Source: the human T2T-CHM13v2.0 reference genome, Homo sapiens. From it: 64,000 bases of DNA. Under the pieces are notes generated by a model. The model was not told the DNA's origin. It saw nothing but the letters and a program-made list of their open reading frames with translations, and did no database searches. The stretch lies in NCBI RefSeq assembly GCF_009914755.1, contig NC_060926.1; one strand, written 5' to 3'. Positions 54,091 through 64,000 of the stretch are shown here, piece by piece. Position numbers and translations under genes: made by a program. Every line of letters begins with the position of its first letter. Positions within the stretch are counted from its first letter, which is position 1.

Positions 54091-54976
54091 GGCCCCCACT
54101 GTGATGCAAACCCTCATCACTTCTCCAGTCTTTCTAAGATCATCTCTTCTTCAGATTTCCCGCTTTGCACACAGCCAGCTAACTAAACTTATCTGAAATT
54201 AGTTATTTTTAACTACCAAGCAAAATCTTCAGTGTCTCCCCAATGTTCAGAGTCAAGAGTAGCCTGAGCCAGGCCTCCAGGCCCTCCTCGCCTCTTCTAC
54301 CCACACGTGTTCGTAACGCTCAGCATCAGAAGTGCTTAGGTCCTGGAGGGCTTGCAGTTTCTCTGCCTCTGATCCACACCTTCCATCTATCTCAGTCTCT
54401 GCATGTCGGGCTGCTGCCCTCCCAGGGCCATCACCTGCTCCCTCTCTTTTCTTATTAACATTTTACTCACTCTTCACACCCTGTGCCATGATTTCAGCTT
54501 TTCTGAATAATCTTTCTCAGTCATCCTGTGCAACTCCCTAACTTCTCTAAGTTCTGTAGCCCTTATCCTTGAAACCAAGTTGGGCAATGCCTTATTTTAT
54601 GCACAGAACTTTTCTTTCCCAGTTTGCAATCTTCCTCCCATTCAAAGCAGTGCATGAGCACAGCTGCCACCAAGGACGCATCTTGTGTAAAAGACAGCAC
54701 TTCCGGAAACCCAACTCTCCTGTGTGCAGCTGGTGCTCAGCACCTCCCTGGTAGGCAACAGGAACTCAACAGATTCCTCTCAACTCTAACATCCAAAAAG
54801 TAGTTTTCTTTATAGCTTCCAAGAGTGAAAAACGGGAGTGCCCTGGGAGCAGGCACATGACAGAGGGTTGGGAGGTCTTGTAAAAATATGTATATATTTC
54901 GAAGACACAGACAGAACATACACAGTTTCATTTCACACAGTGATCTGAGTTGTGGAGTTTGTGTTGTTTTACTCAC

Positions 54977-55097
54977 CTAGACACAGAAAGTGCCCGATCT
55001 GTAGTCTGTAGCTTCGGGAGGACAAGCAGGTGAGGAGCACGCAGAGCGCGTGGAAGGTGGCCAGCCCCATGAGCCAGGGCTCAGTCCAGTCCGTCTG
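54977..55097 (-). CDS. TMEM18: TMEM18 coding exon 2 (121 nt, [40 protein letters not shown])
   Basis: Acceptor ttcctacag|CAG ACG GAC and donor CTAG|GTGAGT; continues exon 1 in frame; hydrophobic TM-like segment. Confidence 0.97.
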
Positions 55098-55849
55098 CTG
55101 TAGGAACACACCAGCAGACACTCACTGTCCTGCCACTCAAGGCCGGGTTCACGGCCCACCCACAGCCTTCTCCCAGCGCAGGAGGCAGGGGCCTCTCACT
55201 CCTGAGTCCTCCTGGGCTACTCACCAAGTATCCAGAGAGCATTGCCAGGCCTCAGAGAAACATGGGGACAGGAAAGGGAGAAGGAACCAGGAGGATGGAA
55301 ACAGGATTCTCCCCTCAGTGCAACTATAATTCATGGAATTCAAAGTTCAAGCACACAGAACTGAAGGCATCTCTGATGTGCTCCTTTCGTTTGTGGAACA
55401 GAATCATGTTTTTAAGGTGGGTATAATTAAAGGAATTACCATCCTTTACGATGATAATTGGTTATGATAATTGGTGACGACAAGGAAATTAAGACGATTG
55501 CTCAAAGAGATGCACTTGGCTCAGCCCCAAAGGTAAAACATGAATCATCATTTCAGACTCCTTAGTCAGCACTGAAGACCTCAGGGAATCTTGAGCCATC
55601 GCCACGTGCAAGACTTGATTTTCTCCAACCTCTCTGCAATACAGTGAACTCTCCAGACAGTGCCGCACTCCGCCGCCTCCTGGACTCCCCGGGACCCTGC
55701 TGTACCTGGGGACAGTGTCTGGCTCAGGGACCTGAAGTAGCCAGGCTCAGATCCACTGCTGCTCAGTCCCCACCTGATGCTCAGATGCCAATCCCAGCAG
55801 TCCTCAACCCTCCCCATCCCCTCCTTGAGCGCCCTCCTGCAGAAGACAA

Positions 55850-55926
55850 GCCCTGCCCTCCAAGCTGCAGCCCCGCCCTGCCCTCCAAGCTGCAGCCCCG
55901 CCCTGCCCTCCAAGCTGCAGCCCCGC
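55850..55926. repeat. 25-bp unit, 3 perfect copies (intron 1)
   Basis: GCCCTGCCCTCCAAGCTGCAGCCCC x3. Confidence 0.92.
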
Positions 55927-55949
55927 ACAGCCCTCCAGAACTCCTGTAA

Positions 55950-57110
55950 GTGTCACTACTCTCTGCTGGGGACCGCAGCGGCTTCTCCAGAGCCGCGCCA
56001 TGACATAAGGACACAAGCGCATCTACTCCCATCAATGCACCCACCAGAAGACCAGAGGCACGGAGGTGAGGGGAGCACGGCTTTCTGCCCAGACCCCATC
56101 GAGTGCCCATGTCACCCCTTGGCGGCCACGTGGGGCGTGGGCTCCCCTGGGATCTGTCAGACGAACCCGGCACGGCGCACGCCCCGCCCACACTGGGCAG
56201 CGTTCCTCCGTGCCACCCCACACGATCAGGCTCCACCACGCACGCCCCGCCGCACTGCCAGAATCCGCCCACATGGCCCAAGCCCCGCCCGCAAGACGCT
56301 GGACTGGCCGGCGTGCACCTCCCACACGAACAAAGCCCTACCCCTCGCGCTCCGCCCACACAACTCAGCCACGCCCGCACGGTGCAGGACGCCAGCCCAG
56401 CCCAAGCCCGGGCCACAGAGCGCCGGAGCCAGCTCACTGCGCACGCTCCTCCACAAGGCCCCGCCCGGCCCCGCCCCTCCCCGCCCAACGGCCCAGGACC
56501 CCGCCTAGCGCTCGCGCCCCGACGCCCGGCCCCGGCCCCCTCCCACAGGGCCCAGGACCCCGCCCACAGCGCGCGCCCCCGACGCCGGCCCCGAGCCACT
56601 CCCACAGGTCTCAGGACCCTGCCCAGCGCGCGCGCTCCGCCACAAGGCCCCGCCCACGGCCGGGGCCTTCTTGGCCACAGGCCAGGTGCTCTGTGGGGCC
56701 TACCCTACGCCTCTCCGCCGTCCTCCCCCGAACTGGTGGTTACGCGGGCCGCGAGTTACCGTGAGCACGGCTGGGATGCTGACGGGGAAAGAGCTGACAG
56801 AGAAGGCGGACGGCATGGTGTTGGGAAGCCCGCTCTCACAGCAACCGCCGAACCCGGCCTGGCCAGAATCCACAGAGGAGGGCGCCAAATCCTCTCTCGT
56901 GAGATCTGCCCTTCTCACGAAACTTGCGCTTGCTTCCTCTCGCGGTAATTTCATGGCATTGCTAGGTCCAGATATCGCGATATTTCCTGGTGGTCGCTGT
57001 AATACGGAAAACTTACTACGCTGCTGTGGGACTTGTGCTCGCTCCGCCAGGAGGCCGAGGGCGTCTTTAGTTCGTTAACAGAGGAGCAGGCGGAGGCGGG
57101 TGGAATTTAG
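55950..57110. promoter_or_regulatory. CpG-island, TATA-less promoter of TMEM18, extending into intron 1; probably bidirectional
   Basis: Very high GC and CpG density around exon 1; many GC boxes (CCGCCC at 56284-56660); CGCG-element-like palindromes at 56895-56983. Confidence 0.9.
56760..56816 (-). CDS. TMEM18: TMEM18 coding exon 1 (57 nt, MPSAFSVSSFPVSIPAVLT)
   Basis: ATG at 56816 in context ACCATGC; translation matches the TMEM18 N-terminus; phase-0 donor ACG|GTAACT at 56759. Confidence 0.97.
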
Positions 57111-57800
57111 GAGGTTTGTTTCAAAGGCTCAGGGCGCTGTACCGCCACGCCAGCCCTGTCCCACCTGGGACTCCCTAGAAGGGTCAGAGCATCAATGAGG
57201 ACGGTGTCCGCCCCGAGACCCTGCAGGAGCCGGGGACATTGCCCACTCCTCGGACCCTGCAGGACTTGGGAAGGTGTCTGCTCTCGCGACCCTAAGGGCA
57301 GTGCACTCTTAGTCTGGGTCAGCTTAGGGTTATCTGTCTTCACTTTGGAGATTTACCAGATGTTCTTACGCTTCACTTCGTTGTTCAACGACAGATACAA
57401 AAATATAAAGTTAATTTTCTTCCAGCGAATTTTTTCCCTTTATTTTAACATCTATACCCCAACTTTGACATTTTCAAATTAAACATTCTGTTATTTTAAC
57501 ATCATGAATTATTAAGTGTATATACTTTAATTGCATATGTTAGCTCTTGAACTAGTTTAATGTTTCTAAAAATAGTTCTAGTGGTGGACTTTTTTTTTTT
57601 TTTAATAGCTTTAACCCCTCCCAGATCTTTCTTAAAATCTTTCCACAGTGTGGTCATTTCTGCTTATGCTACTTAACATGCATTCTCTCATTTCAGTGTA
57701 GAAGGTCATGGTTTCTTCTTATGGGAAAACATTTCTTTCATTGATATTTTTCTCTATTCTTCCTGTATTCAACTCCAGGAACATCCCGTTAGGTAGATAG

Positions 57801-58203
<403 letters not shown>

Positions 58204-58654
58204 TGATGGTTTTCATCTGTGTCCATTCTCACTCCCCTGTGTTTGTTCAGCTATTTTCAACAGGACCTTTCAGTTACAGGGAATAGATCTGTCCTCTTCA
58301 GTTCAGCCTGTTACTGTGTATCTCCCTGATGATATTTCGTTACTATGTGAAACATCACTCTTATTAATTTCCATGGGTTAGTTTCATCGTCAGTCCTGTC
58401 TGGTGCCTGCCTTTCTTTTGTGGTGTCTGTTTTCTTGTAATTTCTGTAATTTGGGGTCACACTCTTTTTGCTATTAATATTAACCACAGCCTATCTACGG
58501 TCACTGGGATTTTTTCTCTTCATCTTCCCCTCAGCCGCCCTCCCAGATCTTTCATATATTGTGCGCCCTGGCACCCAAGTTTCCAAAATTGTTAAAACTC
58601 TGGCCCTCAGCAGCTTCACTTTCAGTCCCAGGACATTCATCTTCCACATTCCTC

Positions 58655-58960
58655 CCGCCCTGCCGTTCTGAACAACGCTAGGCTGCCGGACATTTAGACG
58701 TGAAGCTTGTGCAATGTCGCCAGTCTGAGATGTGCTTTAATTTCAAACATACACCATCTTTCAAAGACTTTGTACCAAAATGTAAAATACATTATCAACA
58801 ATTGTATTATTTTGCTTACATGTTGAAATTATATTTTGGACATACTGGACCAAATAAAATATATCAATAAAATTAATCTCTTTCTCTTTGCTATTTTAAT
58901 GTGGCCAGTAGAACATGGCCTGCTCTCTCTGTTGGTATGTGAATGCTGACATGGACTCTA
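58655..58960 (-). mobile_element. MER33-like hAT-Charlie element
   Basis: ctgagatgtgct...ttcaaagacttt...ttacatgttgaaat..tattttgga...ataaaattaat...ttttaatgtggc. Confidence 0.75.
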
Positions 58961-59004
58961 TTCCATTTACCTGGAATTTTGTGCTTCCAGAAAGGACTGG
59001 ATGA

Positions 59005-59379
<375 letters not shown>

Positions 59380-60289
59380 TAAAATAGCTATTTAATCCAC
59401 ATACAATTGGTTTTCAAGAGCTTTATTAACGGGTAAAATAAGTTTGTGAGCTGTAATGTTTTCTACAAATTAAAGCCAGTACTTGATAGCTTTCTTGTTC
59501 TTTGCATTGCTCAGGTCCCAGCAGGCAGCTGATTGTTTAGATGGAGAGACCACAGGGGAGAGTTACCTGTTGCTGTGGGAGCAATGAGGAGTTATGGAGG
59601 AAAGGAGAGGTACCAAGACCAGGTCTGTGCCCTGTGACCCAGAGGCAGCCTTGGGAGGGGCGTCTGTCTAGGAAGAGCCACAGCCAGGCTGACATGGGCA
59701 GGACCCCCTGGACCTGGCCTCCATAGCCCCATGCCAGCCGGGGTGCCAGGTGCAGACCCCTGGCCTGGTGACAGCTCAGACAGTGCCAGAAAGCCCAGGA
59801 GGGTCGGACCCTAGGGGACGGCAGGGTGCATCTCAGGAAAGGTTTAAACACTGTAGCACACCCAAAGAATGGTGTGAGCCCAGAGGTTTCATTCCTGAAG
59901 ACATCATGGCCAATAACTGAGATCCCTGAGAGCTGGACTCTGGGCGCCCTCAGTTTCGATGTCTTGGATGCGAATCAGGCCACAGAAGTGCCCTTATCTC
60001 CACCACTGTGTTCTCCATTTATCCCCATTGAACTTGCCAAGCTCAGCAACAGCCTGCAGGACACCAACCTCACGGGCTGGGTCTACGACCCCGGGCAGCT
60101 TCTGTGCGGGTTCCTGGTTCCTCCCTTTGTGCCTCTGGGCTGCACCAGTTTGACCCTGATGTGAAATCTGATGCCTCTGTCAGTTTGTACAATGCGGTTT
60201 ACAATAAAGCATTTGACAGCAATGCTTAATTTACCATTTCCAAAGCTCTCATTCCTTTCTGAGCATTTTCAGGTGGTATCATTTCCTCT

Positions 60290-60720
60290 CAGACTAAAGA
60301 ATTGCCATAAGCATCCCATGCAGTTCAGATCTGTCGGGGATGAATCGACTTCATCTGAAAAATGCTCTTGTTTTGTCTTCATTTTAAAGGATATTTTTTC
60401 TGTGAATTGTTGAATACTGCTTTTCTTTCTTTTCTTTGACCACATGAGAGATATTCCACAGCCTTCTGTCTGCCATAGTTTCTTGTAGAAAAGCAGTGAT
60501 GTTTCTAATCCTCATTTTCCCATAGATAACATGTCATTTTTCTGTTTTCAGAATATTCTGTTTATCTTGGTTTCAGCAGTTTGACCACGATGTGCCTAGA
60601 ATTAGTTTTCTTTGTATTCATGTTGCTTGTGTTTGATAAATTTCTTGATTCTGTGAATTTATATTGTTAATTTTTAGCATTATTTCTTCATTTTTTCTCT
60701 CTCATTCTTTTTCTTCTCTT
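60290..60720 (-). mobile_element. Old L1M antisense fragment
   Basis: tctgaaaaatgctcttg...ttttaaaggatatttttt...ttcagcagtttgaccacgatgtgccta. Confidence 0.6.
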
Positions 60721-61030
60721 TATTAGATGAGGACTGAACATTAGACTTCCCATGATTGCAGAACTGTCCTTCGCTGCAGCTGTAAAATCGCGGCAAGGCA
60801 GGATTCATCCTGGTGGTGGGTGCAGGCCCTGATTCCCGTCACTGAGCAGGGATACAGCAGGAAGCTCCACCTCTGAGCACAGCAGGGGATTGTTCTGATT
60901 CTGAGTGTGTCTGTTTGCTAGAGCGGTGGCCACACTTCCCCGGTCCTGCAATTGTGGATAATTTAGCATGACTTGTTGGGCATTGCAAATGTCATGTCGT
61001 GGAGAGTCTGGGCTCTGTTATTTTTTCCAG

Positions 61031-61031
<1 letters not shown>

Positions 61032-61062
<31 letters not shown>

Positions 61063-61085
61063 ATGCACGCGCACGCGTGTGTGTG
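61032..61085. repeat. (TG)15 plus alternating purine-pyrimidine extension
   Basis: tgtg x15 then catgcacgcgcacgcgtgtgtgtg. Confidence 0.95.
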
Positions 61086-62004
61086 ATGAGACCATTAAGT
61101 TGGTTTGACAGACTGCAAACTGCCTGTTGAACAGCAGCTGAATTCTTAATTTGGTTCTTTTATCCTTCTTGTGTTTCGTGGAGTTTGCCTCACACATTCA
61201 GCGTTCAGATGTCAACTGGAGTTCTGGATGGAAGTTATACACAGAATTTGGGGTTCTCCATCTCTGATTCTCTCCTTCCTTCTCAATTTTTAGCAGGCAT
61301 ATTCCCAATTTCTTCAGGAGGGAAAGACCAAGGGTTTCCTGTTGGTGTTTTGGCAACTCCGCATGGCATGGCGTCAGACTCACCCTAAGCTAAAAACCAT
61401 AAAAGCCCTCTTTCCCTTTGTTTCTTCCACACATCACACTCCCCTCCCATAATCCATGCTTTTCATCTCCACTCACTTTTTATATTTGCTCATTGTCTAG
61501 ATATTCCCTGCAGGAGAGTGACATTAGACGGGCTCACTTGGCCACCATGGGAAGCAGAAATCCAGAGATGGACACATTCCCTAAATGCTTCTATGCTGCC
61601 CTGTAGGAGAGGTGTTACTCTACTCACATTGCCGTGAGGAAACTGAGGCTCAGAAGTAGCATCCTTTGTCTGAAAGGACATAGCTCGTGAGCGCTGGAAG
61701 CATAGTTTGGTGTCTGACTTGGCCAATTCCAAAGCTTGTGTGATTTGCACCAGCACTCAGATGCATTCTTCCCTCTCCCTCCCTACCCAAGAAAAATGCT
61801 ATCCCTCCCTTTTCCTCTAATTAGAAAATTCTTTTGTATAGTAGGAGATTATTAGGAAATAATCATTTCTCTCCAAAAGTAACACACTGAGGAGGCAGTA
61901 TCTGAGGGTTTTGCCCAAATATGGCCTTTCAACCTCTGAATTCATGCCTACAGAAATTCCAAGATGTTTGTCATAGCATTTTTATTCTAACCCTCCTTAA
62001 TGAG

Positions 62005-62379
62005 TGATACAGTTTGCCTGTGTCCCCACCCAAATCTCATCTTGAATTGTAGCTCCCATAATCCCCATGTGTCATGGGAGGGACCCCATGGGTGGTAGTT
62101 TATTCATGGGGGCAGTTACCCTCATGCTGTTTTGCTAATAGTGAGTGAGTTCTCATGAGATCTGATGGTTTTATAAGGGGCTTTTCCCCCTTTTGCTGGG
62201 CACTTCTCCTTGCTGCCGCCACGTGAAGAAGGATGTGTTTGCTTCCCCTTCTGCCATGATTGTAAGTTTCCTGTGGCCTCCCCATCCCTGAGGAACTGTG
62301 AGTCAATTAAAGCTCTTTTCTTTATAAATTACCCAGTCTTGAGCAGTTCTCTATAGCAGCATGAGAATGGACTAATACA
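62005..62379 (+). mobile_element. THE1D-like MaLR solo LTR
   Basis: TGATAC...tgtccccacccaaatctcatcttgaattgtagctccc...GGACTAATACA; near-TSD atgag/atggg. Confidence 0.93.
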
Positions 62380-63283
62380 ATGGGTTGGAAACATCAAGGA
62401 CTCCAAAGCAACTTTTCTGATCACTGAAAATGGCTCACACTAGGGACACGAAGGCAAGGTTTGCAGCTTCCTGCCCATGTCTGTTCTATGCCTGACTGGC
62501 TGTGCCCAACTTATACAGGCTGGACTCATCTTTCCTTCTGTCTCTATGGCAACCCTCTCAGAGAGCCAGCAGGGGCAAATCTCTGTTCTCCTATAACCTT
62601 GGGGCCTCTGGCTACCTTCAAGGCAGCCACTTTTATTTTCTCTAACAATTCAGGGCAGGTAGGGAAGACTTGTGGGTGTCCCAGACACTGGACAGTGATT
62701 ACTGGGGTTTACCATCCTACTTGTTTGTAATGCACTCTAGCTCACTCAAGTGTAATTTTAAATGCAGTTGTTAAATGGCAATGAAATTTCCAGTTCCACT
62801 TAAAGCAATCATAGCTCATTCTTACTGAATTAAAAGACCCAGGCTACCCTGCTGGGTATGGTTTACCTTGTGTTCACTTAGGTGTACCTGCTATTCTCCT
62901 GGCATCACAGAGAGACAAAAGTCCCCAGGATGGATGGTACAAGTATGAAACGCCTGCTTGAGATGAGAAGCCAAAATCAGGGGATTATTCCTGAGGCTTT
63001 AATATGCAGATTGGTCTTTGGAGTTCATTGATTGTTAGGGCAGTTTCTCTGACATAAAAATTAATCTTCAGAAATTTACACACTCATAGAGAATGAAGCT
63101 GGCAGGATTTAGCCTGCCCAGTGTACATTTCTCATTGGTGCAAATTCACATCTTGACATATGTTGATAAGTTTAGGCTGATGTGTCTTGTAATGATGTTG
63201 GTATTCAGGGAAGTTTATGCCAATCTTCACGTGAAGTGGTCCTTCCTTAGGAATTGCTGTGGTTCTCTGACTTTCTGCACTAC

Positions 63284-63660
63284 TGTATGACTTCCTGGGC
63301 CACCATAATGAGACACTACAGCCTGGGCAGCTTGAACAGCAGAAACTTATTTCTTTACAGTTCTGGAGGCCAAAAGTCTAACATTATTAAGACATTGACA
63401 GGTTGGTTCTTTCTGAGGCCTTTCCCCTTGGCTTGCAGACACATCTCCCCATGTGCACACAGGGTCATCCTCCTGTGTGTGTCTTTGTCCTGATCTTCTC
63501 TTCTTATAAGGACTCCAGTCAGGTAGGATCGAGGCCCACCCTTATATGCTCATTTAACTCACTTTCCTTTCAAAGGCCTCGTCTCCAATCACTGCAGCCT
63601 TCTGAGATGCGGGGTTTGGACCTGACATATAAATTTGGGGACACAAGTTGGCCCACAACA
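63284..63660 (-). mobile_element. MLT1A/B-like solo LTR
   Basis: cagaaacttatttctttacagttctggaggcca...tcttataaggac...aatttggggacaca..cccacaaca. Confidence 0.85.
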
Positions 63661-63759
63661 CCACCAAGGGTACCACTGAGCACAGACAGAACTTGGTTCT
63701 CTTTCCATTTTCTTCTCTCAAATTTTATAAGCTTGTGGAATATCAAAAAGAAAATGGAC

Positions 63760-63960
63760 CTTAGATCAGGGAAGATTTTATGTGAATATGAGTTCTCACT
63801 TGGAATGACCTTAGAATACTGTTTTTTGATTATCAAAGCCTCAGCTTGCCTTTGTGAGAATAAGGACAATAATACTTTTCTAATGTGTGGTTTTAAGGAT
63901 TTGGGATGAAATGCCTTAAATGCCCAGCTCTGTGCCAGGCACATGGCACATGCCTAATAA
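63760..63960 (+). mobile_element. MIR fragment
   Basis: gcctcagcttgcctttgtgagaataaggacaataatac...tgtgccaggcacat...aataa. Confidence 0.6.
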
Positions 63961-64000
63961 AGACCAACCATTAGGACTCGAATGTTGTTGCCTCCTCTAA

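Noticed and set aside
55777-57078. Plus-strand ORFs of 135-281 aa over the TMEM18 promoter
   Set aside because: GC-rich CpG-island artefacts antisense to exon 1 and intron 1.

Overview
Eukaryotic, GC-rich subtelomeric-type primate DNA. It is identifiable as the human TMEM18 locus (chr2p25.3): five minus-strand coding exons with canonical GT-AG junctions (56816-56760, 55097-54977, 52329-52275, 49211-49118, 49036-48941; 423 nt) translate to the 140-aa TMEM18 protein (MPSAFSVSSFPVSIPAVLT...[17 protein letters not shown]). The gene has a CpG-island promoter at about 56.0-57.1 kb and several candidate poly(A) signals reaching to about 43.2 kb. The left ~43 kb is non-coding sequence downstream of TMEM18, the interval known from GWAS for BMI/obesity association. 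It holds two orphan CpG islands, old L1/L2/MIR/MaLR/DNA-transposon remnants, Alus and many minisatellites. None of the other ORFs in the track is supported as protein-coding. I see no convincing new multi-gene system. The best leads are regulatory: a candidate alternative/poison exon in intron 1 with a stop-1nt-ATG arrangement; an LTR-donated poly(A) signal; a 3'-region VNTR carrying repeated 5'-splice-site motifs; a near-perfect 53-bp intronic VNTR; a CTCF-bracketed orphan CpG island with possible plus-strand lncRNA exons; and two template-switch-like palindromes. Repeat subfamily calls are from memory of consensus sequences and their boundaries are approximate.
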